64,000 bases of DNA from Stegostoma tigrinum (taxonomy: Eukaryota). The stretch is from contig NC_081400.1 in assembly GCF_030684315.1 (NCBI RefSeq), forward strand, positions 8,313,464-8,377,463, read 5' to 3'. Each line of letters opens with the position of its first letter. The first letter of the stretch is position 1. A model generated the notes under the pieces. The model was not told the DNA's origin and did no database searches. It saw nothing but the letters and a program-made list of their open reading frames with translations. A program made the translations under genes and the position numbers. This document shows, piece by piece, positions 26,608 through 39,400 of the stretch.

Positions 26608-26946
26608 CTGTTATGACCAAGTGGGAACCATTTCCGAATATGAAGGTGTTAAGGTATGATTTCCTACCAGCACAGAAATATACACCTGAATCATTTCTCT
26701 GGACGTTGTGAATCACAAGAGTATAAACAGTCGATTTGTCATTAACTTGTCCAGAAAATCTTCCAGTTGGAGGGGCGTATGGGCTCACAAAGTAAACGAA
26801 ATTCAGATTTCCTCGGACCATCTGTTTGTACCAGGGAACACCGCCCTTTGCATACCAGCTCGTGTGGCATTTCATCCTCACAGTGCTTCCAATGGAGACA
26901 CTCTGAAATGCCGGACTTTGCAGGAGCGTTGTCTGAGCGACGGTAA
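26608..26946 (-). CDS. Exon 2: germline-joined VJ-type Ig V-set domain
   Basis: Acceptor ctctgttttcaaag| and donor G|GTAAGAG; 339 nt, phase 1-1. Translation TTLLQSP..VRMKC..PWYKQ..GRFSG..YTLVIHNVQRNDSGVYFC-AGRKSYLNTFI-FGNGSHLVIT contains the B-strand Cys, C-strand Trp, DxxxYxC and the J-type FGxG motif. Confidence 0.93.
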
Positions 26947-27497
26947 CTTTGAAAACAGAGCATGTCACAAGGTTTATCTGAAAACTGAAGTTTTGGTTCA
27001 CGCAAATTTAATGGCTTAAGTGAAGCAAATATGATCATTGCGAGAATAAGCACCGATTCTAACCAGGAATTGGTATGTTAATACGTGCTAAAATACGTCA
27101 AACGCAAGAGGCAGGAAGAAAGAAAGAACGATCGAAAGCAAAAAAAAAAGAGCAATATCAGCCAGACATTCGTCAAATGCGGTCAACTATTGCAATTTAA
27201 GAAAACGTGCACTGACTTTTGCTCAAAGAAATATTCAGCAATAGCAATTCCATACTATCACAAAAGCTGTTTTCGTCATTTTGGTGAAAAGATCAGCATT
27301 GACACAAAACAGTTAAATAACTCCTCAACTTGTTTCCATGTACAATACACGAAATATGAAAAAAAGTTTATCTAATTTACAGATCTTCGATAATGTAACT
27401 CTTCACCAGTTAAATAATGTTTTTCTTTTATAGAATACTTCATTTAGTGCTTCACCTGGCCGGATTTCCCATTGGCCGTACGCCAGATATACCTTAC

Positions 27498-27561
27498 AGT
27501 AGAAGAAAAATATCGAACCTGGCACAAGATAGCACAGCATACAGAGAGTTACGAGATCCAT
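27498..27561 (-). CDS. Exon 1 (leader/signal peptide) of a non-rearranging VJ-C1-TM Ig-superfamily receptor: MDLVTLCMLCYLVPGSIFFFY
   Basis: ATG at 27561. 21 mostly hydrophobic codons plus 1 nt, then donor T|GTAAGG. Phase 1 matches the V-exon acceptor. Confidence 0.8.
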
Positions 27562-27629
27562 TGGATGAGGGTGAAGATCTCACTGTGAGATTTGAACAGT
27601 CTTATGTTGTTTGTGGAGCTCAATCTTGA

Positions 27630-27725
27630 GGCTCAGCTGCGGAAATTATCTGCAGCATTTAAAAATAGCTAGATGGAAAGTACAGACTCATTTACATGAT
27701 TGCTGTGGGCTTCCTGTTCACACGT
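27630..27725 (-). promoter_or_regulatory. Putative proximal promoter of the VJ-C1-TM gene
   Basis: TTTTTAAA TATA-like element about 100 nt upstream of the ATG, ETS core ACAGGAAG near 27710-27717, E-box CAGCTG near 27634. Motif-level evidence only. Confidence 0.25.
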
Positions 27726-30146
27726 TAAGCATCCACATAGAGATCTGTTAGCAAAAATCAATCGATCCTTGTGCAGGTTGTAAATATTTTAGCTTGGTAA
27801 GACATCACACTAAATGAGCAGACTGCCTGACTCATTCCGTCTTGATTCGGCTCCACCATGCCATCAAGGGTTAATTGTCCCTCATTCCAGGCTTCATTTC
27901 GGATGTTAAAATAAGACACGGACAATATGCCATTCCATAACTTTAAGTTCAAAGTAAATGTCAGTCACAGTGTCTGTGTTGGAGTAATGCAATATATTCC
28001 GACGTTGTCTTTCAGCTGAGATACTAAACCCAGGTAGGTTTTCGGTATTTCAAGACATTGTAAGCATCACCCGGCCTAACATTATCAAACGTTGCAGGTG
28101 AATTTCTCTGATTTACTTTGGGTAAAAGTTCTCCACTCGCAGCAGTGCTAAAAAAAACAAATAAATTAGAGTGTTATTTGACTTCATTTTATAATAAATT
28201 GCTGGCTTATGCTTTGCATTGAGATAGTGATGATAATTAAATTCATGCAACCTTGTTGGGAAGGTACTTTGAAATATCTTTGATGAATGCATTGTAATCT
28301 GCCTTACATTTCAACAGTGTTTTCCTCCTTGCTGTTACAAACATTCATTCCAACATAATAGGCAACTCGAATCGATTGTTAGCGTACAGTTGGAGGCGAA
28401 AAGTTTATTTTGATGATAGTGGTACAGTAAACAATATAAGCTGCAACAAAAAGGTAAGTCATTCATGTCTTAGATCAAGAAATGAACAAGTTGCTTGACT
28501 GACACAATAGGTTGCATGTGTACAAAAATGATTATATTTGTGACACATAAGCTGACTGTTGGCTATTGTTGTCTCACAAAACAAAACACAGATGAATAAT
28601 GCATTTGATGTCAGTTTGGAATGTTATGTTTGCTTTATATAATGAATTACAATAACACTGCCTAGAGGAAGAAAATAACAGATAATTTATTCAAATCTCA
28701 GGTTGTATTTAAGAAAAGCAATTGATAGTTCCATTCACTGTATTCCTGAGCGTGTGCTCGTTAAAAACTAGTGATTCCTTAAATTATGCTTGATAATCAA
28801 TACAAAGAATTATTTAATTACTGTTCCAAGTGGTTTTATGCGCAATGTCAATAGGCTTTTTGAAAAGCCTGCTGTTGGCTGTTAAATGACACACCAGTGA
28901 TTATATTTACAGTTAGTTGCTATATTCTGTTTAATATCATCATTTGGGGGAATCCAATTTTATATCAATATGAAAGTCAATTGATCTGCTACAGTTAAGT
29001 CTTAAAGTGGACTTTATCATCCATAACCAGAATGCCAAATTACAATACTTTTCTATATGAGAACATAGCTAATGCACAAAGGGAAAACAAAGTAATTTAA
29101 GTCTTACATTGAAAATAACAAAACAATATATACAATTCAACTGAGCTTGGCAAATCAGACAGTTATGAATAGCATCAGATAGATTGTTGAATGTGCACTA
29201 TAATGAATCTAAGCAGGGATTCAAGCACACAAAGATATACTTCATTGGTCAAATCAATGTTCACAGTACAGTGTGAGCATGTATGCTTCTTTCGTCATGA
29301 GAATCAGCACATTGGTGTCATGGAAGTATCATTTTCGAAATGAGGCAGATAATTAGGCACACAGTTTTGGAAATTTTCACTTAATTCTCAAATATGTCAT
29401 TGAAACAAGAACACAATAGGCCAGGATGGTATGTACAACCCAGAAGAAAATTCAAAAACTGTGCGAACATATGTGAAGGCAGATAGTGGCACTGTTAATA
29501 GTGCAAACTTTGTTATTTAATACATACATGATGATATCATATGTTAGTAGTCCTGCACTGCAGGTTAATTTCTTTCAGCCTCGTTTTTCAATCCCATTGT
29601 CACAGCTGTTAGAAATTAAAGAACAATGGACACGGCCATTATCCATAACAAAAGTACAGGCGAAAATGTGCAGAAGGATTAATTGAGAGGTGAAGTTGAG
29701 GAATCTTCCAAAAGACACAGAGTGAAATAGATTGCGCAATAAGAAACAAACATGGCATAATATGGGGAAATATCAACTTGTCCACTTTGATAAATATGAA
29801 AAAAATAAGCAGAGAGAGGGTTTAAAGATTCTGGTGGAACTTAAAAACAAAAGGATTGCAGGATCTGGAAATCTGAGAAAATGCTGAAGAAACTCAGCAG
29901 GTCTTGTAGCATGTGATGGCATAAAAGTCACTGTTTTTCTGTTCAAGTCCAGTGATCGTTTGAAGGAAATGAAAGTAGTTGGGAATGGGTGGTGTTTATG
30001 TTTATGGTGGGGTGAGTCGGGGGCCACGGGTAACTGGTAACCACACACGGACACATTGCCCAGAAAAAGAGGCAGGACAATATGGAACAAAGACATGGCT
30101 TCTAATTAGACAAGACAGAGGTTAATAGTGGATGAGTGATGACAAG

Positions 30147-30450
30147 AAGTGGTGGCATGGTGGCTCACTGGTTAGCACTGTTGCCTCACAGCACCATGGA
30201 GCTGGATTTGCTTCCAGCTCTCGGTGACTATCTCTGTGGAGTTTGCAGGTTCTCCCTGTGTCTTCGTGGGTTTCCTCCAGGTGCTCCGGTTACCTCCCAC
30301 AGTCCAGAGATATGCAAGTTTGGTGGATTGACCATGCAAAATTGCCCAAAGTGTTCAGGAATGTCTCGATTAGTGGGGCGAGTCTGGGTGAGATATTCTG
30401 AGATCAGGTTGGGCTGAAGGGCCTGTTTCCATACTTTAAGGATTCTATGA
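30147..30450 (+). mobile_element. HE1-like SINE
   Basis: ggtggcatggtggctcactggttagcactg..tgtggagtttgcaggttctccc..gggctgaagggcctgtttcc. Confidence 0.85.
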
Positions 30451-30739
30451 TAATTGCAAATGGCTCAAAGTGAGTTGATTGCTGGGAACAGCCCGTACAA
30501 AACAGGGCCTAGTGTTATGATAACACGGAGCAGGAAAGCTTGACTTTTTGGGACAGGACCCTGCTTCAGAAAAAGCTTTCCTGCTCATCTGATACTGCTT
30601 GGCCTGCCGTGTTCATCCAGCCTCACACTGCGTTATCTCAGATTCTCCAGCATCAGCAGTTCCTGCTATCCTTGGAGGATGGTGTGAACTTTCTGAAACT
30701 GTGGTGCAGAATTTTGTGTCTTGAAGACTGAAAAGTACC

Positions 30740-32550
30740 TCGGTGCAAAATAACATGTTGTTCATTCGATTTGCACTGAGTCTTGCAGAAATACTGCAAC
30801 AGGCCTGAGACACAAATCTTGAAGTAGAAACATGGAGGGCTATTGAATTGAGTGGCACTTGGAAGCTATGGGTTTTTTTTAGTTTGGCAAGAGCAAAAGT
30901 GTTCGACAAAGTGTTCAACTAGTCGTTTTTGTCTTCACTACAGTGTACAGGAGAACATGATGTGAGCAGCAAATGAGATGGAGGCAAATTGTTGCTTCAA
31001 CTGAAAGATGTGCCTGGGCCCTTGAACGGTGAGGAGGCAGGAGGCAAATTGAGACGTTTTGCACCATCTGCATGGGAAGTTTTACCATTGTTTAGGAGTG
31101 GAACTGGTGTCAGGGAGGAACAGTTTCTGCGAATGTTGTTGGTGGATGTAAGATGAAATATGGGCCTGAAGCAATATCCTGCCGCAGGTGGTGGAAATGG
31201 TAACATGTGATCCTTTGGATACGGAGATAGGTAGGTAGAAAGAGAGGACTAAGGGACCATATCTTGGCCGTGATTGGATTGGAGAAGAGTAAGGGAGGTG
31301 TGCAGGGAATGGATCAGAGATATCTGAGGTGTGTCTCGACGAATGTGACAAGGATTCTACAGTTGAAGAAAACAGTTAAAATTTTTGAGGTTCACCTTTT
31401 ATCAGATGGTTTCATCAGAACAGATGTGCCAGAGATGGCAATTCTGGGAAAACGGAATGGTTGTCCTGACAAGAACCGTGGTATCAGAGTGTGTACTAAA
31501 GGACGGGACTCAGTGGGTTTGTAATGGATGAGAGTGGCCATTTTATCACCAGATACACAAATGAAGATGTCAAGAAAGGGACCAGTTGAAAGTAAGAGAA
31601 GGGTAGAAATTGGAATCAAAATTTACGTTGTTTTTTTTTCCAATTCTGCATGAAGGATGAAAACAACACTGACGATGTCATTGATACACCACAGGAAGAG
31701 TTGTTGGTTGTGTCCTGAGTAAGACTGGATTAAGAAGTGTTCCATTTAACCCAAAAAGAAACATGCATATCTGGTGCTCATGTGCAAGTCTTTTACCTGA
31801 AGAAATGAGAGGAGTTAAAGGAGAAGTTGTCCAAAGTGAGGACAACTAGGTCAGTAGAAAGAGAGGACTACGTGACCATAACGCTGTCGTGATTGGATTA
31901 GATAGGGGTAAGGACAGTTGTGCAGGGAATGGATCAGAGATATCTGAGGCCTGTTTCGACGAATGTAATGAGGAATCCTCAATTGGCCTTTTAGAAGAGC
32001 ATGGTGGTGCAAGGGAGCATACCACTCAGGGAAGAAGCGGAAACCCATCAACCTTGATGGAAATGTAGGTGGAATGCATTTCCTTTGTGAAGATGAGGTA
32101 CCTGATAGTCGCAAACTGGAAATTTTGAGACAGACGTATTGGCTAGATTATGATTTGCAGATGTAGGTCAGAATAGGCTGGATTAAAAAAAGAAATGAGG
32201 TAAGGTCGGACGAAATAAGTTCTGTGGGGTAGGAACAGGCTGAAACATTGGGTTTTCCAAGGCAGTCGTGTTTGTGAACTTCTGTTAGAAAGTAGAAGGA
32301 CCATGAGATGGGCAGCTCTGAGGCAGTGATACTCAGCTGAGATATAGTTACTGTAGGCGGCCTGAGAGCTGGTGCTCAGCCTCAGCAAGGTAGTAGTCAG
32401 TTTTCCAGAGAACAACACCACTCTTGTCAACTGGCTTGATTACGGAGTCAGAGTTGGATTTAAGAGCACAAAAAAATGCTGACAATAGAGGAAGATCGTT
32501 GAAACTGGTAACAGGACCCGGGAAAAATCACGAGTCAAGTGTAGGTCAGG
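30740..32550 (-). mobile_element. Highly degraded Penelope-like element
   Basis: PFLDIFICVSGDKMATLIHYKPTES in ORF 31392..31619 matches the Penelope FLDL.V...G..L.T.V..KPT motif. Confidence 0.65.
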
Positions 32551-32554
32551 TCAG

Positions 32555-32850
32555 GATGGCATGGTGGTTCGCATTGCTTCGGAGCAGCACCAGTGACCTG
32601 GGTTCAATTCCACTTTCGGGCGAGTGACTTTGTGGAGTTTTCATATTCTTCACATGCCTGCGTGGGTCTTCTTTGGATACTTCTGTTTTCTCCCACAGTC
32701 CAAAGGTTGTTACTTAATGCGGATTGGCTGTTGGAGTTGCTGAGTTACAGCGACATGTTGGGGAATGGGTTCAGGGTGTGATTCTATTTGCAGGGACTGT
32801 CTGGATTCAAAGGGCTGAATGGTGAGATTCCACACTGTATGACTGTATGA
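32555..32850 (+). mobile_element. Degraded HE1-like SINE
   Basis: ggcatggtggttcgcattgc..ctgggttcaattcc..tgtggagtttt..tcccacagtccaaa. Confidence 0.7.
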
Positions 32851-33789
32851 AGAAATCGGCGATCATAGGAAGAGGTCCTTTTGGTGGGAGAGTGTTGGAG
32901 GTGGGTGAAGTATTCTGTTGGACGGGCAGAGTAGTAGCCCTATCAAAAGAGTGATGAAGGTGACAAAACAAAAGTTCAATGTCATGTCAAACCCAACATT
33001 CAGAGAGTTGGGGGTGTGAAGGGATAAAGGAACTGGCTGCTGGGATGTTCAGTGAGGGATTAAGGCAGGAGATTATCGTGAGGTCTGCGGAAATGCTGCC
33101 AGCAGGTGAAGGAACACAGGAAAACGAGCAGGCATTCAGCATGTCTCGCCTATTTTGCCATTCATTGAGATCATAACTGATCTGTGGCCTGGCGTAATTT
33201 ACCTGTCTTTGGCACATATCTCATAATGCTTTGATGAGCAAGAAGTTGTGCATCTCAAACTTCATATTAACAACTTTACCAACCGTTTTTGAAAGAGAGT
33301 TCAAACAGCTGACAAGTTTTGTGTGCAGAATTGATTTCTAACATCCCACCTAAACGGTGTGGCCCTATTTTGTAGACAGTGCATCCTAGCCAATCAGTGG
33401 AGAGAAATATATTTTGATTTGCCCTGTCTTTTCCTGTTCATATCCCGGAGACATCAATCAGAACGTCACTTAATTTTTCTGAATTCGTGGCAAAACAGAT
33501 CTAATTTGTATAATCGCTACGTATATCAACAAATAGCATGGAAAATAAACCAGGCATTGGATGTTGTCAGAGAGATGCTTGTTTAAGAACAGTTCAAAAA
33601 TTCACTGCCGGAAGTAATGAGAAGTTACGTGGAAGAACAGAGAGTTAACGCTGCAAGATTGGCAGCTGAAATGGTCAATGATTGTGAGCTAGTTCATGAA
33701 TCAAAGTTTGGCTTACCACATCAATTTCAATCCGTGAGGGAAGCAAGTTGGGAAAAGAGAAATTTTCAGGTGGCAGGGGAAAAGGTGAT

Positions 33790-36455
33790 AATAGACAATA
33801 GGCAACAGGTGCTGGAGTAGGCCATTTGGCCCTTCGAGACAGCACCACCATTCATTATGATCATGGCTGATCATCCACAATCAGTATCCTGTTCCTGCCA
33901 TATCCCCATAATCCTTGATTCCACTATTTTTAAGAGCTCTGTCTATCTCTTTCTTGAAAGCATCCAAAGAGTTGGCCTTCACTGCCTTCTGGGGCAGAGC
34001 ATTCCAAACATCCACCATTCTCTTGGTGAAGAAGTTTTCCCTCAACTCTGTTCTAAATGGCCTACTCCTTATTTTTAAACTGTGTCCTCTGGTCCTGGAC
34101 TCACCCATCAGCGGAAACATGCTTCCTGCCTCCACAGTGTCCAAGCCCTTAATAATCTTACATTGTCTCAAACAGATCCCCTCTCATCCTTCTAAACTCA
34201 AGAGTATGCAAACCCATTCCCTCCAATCTTTCAACATATGATAGTCCCGCCATTCTGGTAATTGACCTTGTGAACTTACGCTGCACTTCCTCAACAGCAT
34301 GAATGTCTTTCCGCAAATTGGGAGACCAAAACTGCACACAATACTCCAGATGCGGTCTCACTAGGGCCCTGTACAGCTGCAGAAGGACCTCTTTGCTCCT
34401 ATACTCAATTCCTCTTGTGATGAAGGCCAGTATGCTATTAGCTTTCTTCACTGCCTGCTGTACCTGCATGCTTGCTTTCATTGACTGATGTGCAAGAACA
34501 CCTAGATCTCGTTGTACTTCTCCTTTACCTAACTTGACTCCATTGAGATCATAATCTGCCTACCTGTTCTTGTCACCAAAGTGTATAACCACACATTTAT
34601 CCACATTAAACTGCATCTGCCATGCATCCGTCCACTCACCTAGCCTGTCCAAGTCACCCTGTATTCTAATAACATCCTCCTCACATTTCACACTGCCACC
34701 CAACTTTGTCTCATCAGTAAATTTTCTAATATTACTTCTAATGCCTTCATCTATATCATTAATATATATCGTAAACAGCTGCGATCCCAGCACTGAACCT
34801 TGTGGTACCCCACTGGTAACTGCCTGCTATTCCAAAAGCGACCCATTTAGCACTACTCTTTGCTTCCTGTCAGCCAGCCAATTTTCAATCCAACTCAGTA
34901 TTTTGCCCCCAATACCATGTGCCCTAATTTTGTTCACCAATCTCCTATGCGGGACTTTATCAAAGGCTTTCTGAAAGTCCAGGTACTCTACATCCACTGG
35001 CTCCCCCTTATCCATCTTCACAGGTACATCCTCCAAAAAATTCCAGAAGATTAGTCATGCACGATTTCCCCTTCGTAAATCCATGCTGACTCTGACCTAT
35101 TCTGTTACTGCTATCCAAATGAGTCGTAATTTCATCTTTTATAATTGACTCCAGTATCTTTCCCACCACTGATGTCAGGCTAACCGGTCTGTAATTTCCT
35201 GTTTTCTTTCTCCCTCCTTACTTGAAAAGTGGGACAACATTTGCCACCCTCCAATCCGCAGGAACTGATCCTGAACCTATAGAACCTTGGAAAATAATTA
35301 CCAAAGCGTCCACAATTTCTAGAGCCACCTCCTTTAGTACCCTGGGATGCAGACCATCAAGTCCAGGGGACTTATCAGCCTTCAGACCTAACAGTCTATC
35401 CAACACCATTTCCTGCCTAATATAAATACCCTTCAGTTCGTCCATTACCCTTGGTCCTTCAGCCACTGCTGCATCTGGGAGATTACTTGTGTCTTCCCTA
35501 GTGAAGACAGATCCAAAGTACCCATTCAACTCATCTGCCATTTCCTTGTTCCCCATAATAAATTCACCTGTTTCTGACTTCAAGGGCCCAATTTTAGTTG
35601 TAACCATTTTTTTTTTCTTTTCACATACCTAAAAAAGCTTTTACTATCCTCCTTTGTATTTTTGGGCAGTTTCCCTTCATAGCTCATTTTTACTCTGTGT
35701 ATTGCCTTTTTAGTTATCAGCTGTTGCTATTTAAAAGCTTCCCAGTCCTCCGGCTTCCCGCTCATCTTTATGTTATACTTCTTCTCTTTTATCTTTACAC
35801 AATCCTTAACTTCCCTCGTCAGGCACGGCTGGCCCCACCACCCCTTAGGATCTTTCTTCCTCTTTGGTATGAACTGATCCTGCACCTTCCACGTTATATC
35901 CAGGAATACCTGCCACTGTTGTTCCACTGCCATCCCTGTTAGGGTATTGTACCACTGAACTTTGGCCAGCTCCTCCCTCATAGCTCCATAGTTCCCTTTA
36001 TTCAACTGCAATACTGACACTTCCGATTCTCCCTTCTCCCTCTCAAACTGCAGATTAAAACTTAACATATGATGGTCACTACCTCCTAATGCCTCCTTTA
36101 CTTTGAGGTCCCTGATCAAATCCGGTTCATTGCACAACACCAGATCCAGAATTGCCTCCTCCCGGGTAGGCTCCAGTACAAGAATCCATCTCGGAGGGAC
36201 TCTACAAACTCCCTTCCTTGAGGTCCAGTACTGCCCCGATTCGACCAGTCTACCCGTATGTTGAGATCTCCCATAACAACTGTAGTGATGCCTTTGTGAC
36301 AGGCCAATTTCAACTCTTGATTCAACCTGCACCCTACCTCCTGACTACTGTTTGGGGGCCTGTAGATAACTCCCATTAGGGTCTTTCTAACCTTAGAATT
36401 TCTCAGCTCTATCCATACTGACTCTACATCTCCTGACTCCATGACCCCGATCTCA
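33790..36455 (-). mobile_element. CR1 LINE with APE and RT (ORF2 mostly present, frameshifted)
   Basis: VESVWIELRN..GVIYRPPN..VVMGDLN, PTREEAILDLVL..SDH, VPADWRVANVVPLFK, YLDFQKAFDKVPH, LVRPHLEYCVQFWSP; intact 3' UTR. Confidence 0.96.
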
Positions 36456-36489
36456 TTGTACGTCATAAAGATAGTTGACCACAGGTTAT

Positions 36490-39400
36490 AAAGGAAACCG
36501 TCGAGGGGAAATCGAAGTCAAAACGTTCAGGTGTTTTCATGGCAATGAAGTCGGCAACATGTAGTCGTCAGTTTGGCAGATTAGAAGTATTGGGAAGAGG
36601 GACTTGGGAAAAGAGGATAATCCAGTGAATTTTGGTGAAGTGGAAAGTAAATCACAGTGGAGAGTATTTAACAGCACCAGAATGTACAATCTGGTCAAAG
36701 GTTTTTTGAGAACTAAGTGGTAGATCTCCACAAACATTTACTTATGAAGATAAGGCTTGCTCACATAAGCCAGCAAGAGCAGGTAAAGAAATTACAATTT
36801 TACGAGATAAGGGAGTATGTCAATGCTTGATGTTGAGAGATCAGGAAATATATAATTCAAAAGGACTATTGCCAGAAAGCATTGCTAATTCCATGGTGAG
36901 TCAAGCAGCGAGTCATCACATAAATTGAGGTTGGAGTGTCTAGTGATAAGTGGGAAAGTAGCAGCAGAAGTAGCAGTAGGAGTATTGGAAGTGCTGTCAG
37001 CTCCAGGAATACAATTTGCACTTGGTAATGATATAACTGGATCACAGGTGGGAGTGCTGCCTACTGTGATTGAAAACTTAGAGGAAAATCAGGCAACTGA
37101 GGTACTATAGGAAATGCACACTGGGGCTTTTCCTGACTGCATGGTAACAAGATCACAAAGCCACAGGCTGAAGGAGGAGGAGAAACCAAAGAATAAAGTT
37201 AAGGAAGTTAAATAAGAACCATCTGCGACCATGTTTGATGAAATGGTTGAGAAAGAAAAACAAAAACCTCTGGGGGACCAAGTCAATATTTTTAGTTTAG
37301 AGATTGTAAACAAATTACAACAGAACGGTGAAAAGCTGAAGCAGTTGCATTAAAAAGCAACACAGAAGAAGATTCTGAGTGTAACCCAAAACGTTACTAT
37401 CTGAAAAATGATGTTTCAATGGGGAAATGGAGACATATTCAGGTGATGGAGAAATGGGCAGACATTCATCACGTTTGATGAGAGGAAAGGTTATTATGGC
37501 TTGCACATGAATTACCCAAATAAAATTATTTGGGAGTGAGCAATATTTTTAGCTGCCTGAAAACGTAAGGATGCATTTGAATTTTGCCAGAAGTGTCATA
37601 CGTTTCAGTCAATTGAAAACCTCAGGCAGTGATAAAACGAACATCTCTCATGCCCATTCATGCATTTGAGGATCATTTCCAAAGGTCTTAATTGATCACG
37701 TGTGACCCATACATAAAACATAAATTTGGTGTTCGGTGTTTCTTGATCATAATCAATGTGCACACTGAATTTCCAGATGCTATTCCATTGCACAAGATAA
37801 TGATGGATAAGGGTTACAGAAGAGTTACTCAAATTTTCCGCCAAATACAGGTTACCCACAGAGATACAATTGGATCATGTGTCACATTTTATGTAAAAAA
37901 TACTCAAAAAAATTTTAGATAGCCTAAGAATAAAACAACTCAAAAACACTACTGACCATCTCGATTTGCAGGAAACATCAGAGCGGCAGCATCAAACTTT
38001 AAAGTTCATGTTGCAGTGTAACAGTTAAGACTTTTCAGAGGATAGAGGCAATGGAATTCATTTTGAAATAAAGGATGTACCAAAGGAATCTATCAAATTC
38101 AGCCATTTGAGTTTTGTTTTGGCATGAGGTAAGATGAACACTAATTAATTAAGGATAAATTAGTGAGTCAGAGCTCATAGACTGCATTTTCGGGCGTGTG
38201 TCAAATGTTAGGAAAAAGATTAAATTGAACAGGTGAGTGCGTGAGACAGCATTTAAAAGTAGCACAGCATGTGATGAAACAAGAAGCAGGCAAGAAATCA
38301 AAAGTTCGCAGCTTTTTGAGTGGAGTTAATGTGTTGGACTTATTTCCAGTGAACCTCTAAAAGCAATGAAACATCACAGAGTGTGTCATGTAAATATACT
38401 GAGATGGCATTTTATTCGGGAAAGAATGCAAAAGGAAGTGTGTTATTTGTTGCAACATAGAGTGTCAATGCTGCCACGTTAAGAAGTAATGTGTCTTTTA
38501 TGAAGAGATATTGTAAGGCAGAGGTGACAAGCTTGTCTAAGAAAGTAAAATATTTGGGAGGCCTTGTTTTCTTTCACGTCAGAACAATGGAAGCAACCTG
38601 GATATGGCCAGCTGTCACCGAGCAGGTATTTCGGGTTTTGTCGCTTGTTTTTTTCTTTTCTTTTAGTTTTAAGCAGGGGCCTTTGGGGTCTGAAAAGACT
38701 TTGGAGCTTCAGTGAATGCCTCCGAGTTACTATTCTCTCTGAATCTTCTCTTGATGTTTGTCTTTTTCCTCCTGGATTGGAGAACCTCATGTGATAATCT
38801 GTGTCTGAAGTTGCCTTTTTTCCCAAAATGTCTGTTAATTGAATGTTATTATATTGAAACTCAAAATTAGCAATAGTTACTGTATCTATTATTTGGCTAA
38901 GTTTCTCAATGGTTCACACAAATTCTTCTTTAATCTGCATGTATTTTAACGTGAGTGTTTAAATAAGTTGTATTTTGCTGAATGTCAGTACCTTGACAAG
39001 TCACATTGCATCTGGAACACAAAAAATCAGATGTAACTTTTAAATAATAAGTAAAAAAGGCTCTAGGCTCTCTTGTTAAAATATTTTGAGGGGGTCTGGT
39101 CTGGTCCATAACACCAAGATAAGAGCATTCTGAATTGACCATTCTTCAAATTAAATTGGCCTTTGAGGAAGTTCTCAGAAATTGGGATAAACTGTTGAGT
39201 TACCTTCCAGAGGAAATTCAAAATGACCTGAAAGAGTTAATACTATTGCATGAGATGTCTGGGAATATGATGGGAATTACTAATATAATTATGCATAATG
39301 AAGACGGAGGAAATGCTGTTCTAATTAAACAACATCCTTGTGGACCTAACCCTCAGAAGTCGGTACAGGTTCAAAAAGAGGTTGAACACTTGCTCATAGA

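Noticed and set aside
26218-26946. Germline-joined Ig light chain or rearranged TCR gene
   Set aside because: The C exon ends in a splice donor rather than a terminal Cys and stop, an uncharged TM and tail exons follow, the VJ-C intron is 87 nt, and no RSS or spare segments are nearby.
26349-27053. Overlapping antisense or alternate-frame ORFs
   Set aside because: Shadows of the V and C1 exons.
27966-28004. CACAGTG heptamer upstream of the leader as a possible RSS
   Set aside because: No nonamer-like sequence at 12- or 23-bp spacing, and it does not flank a V, D or J segment.
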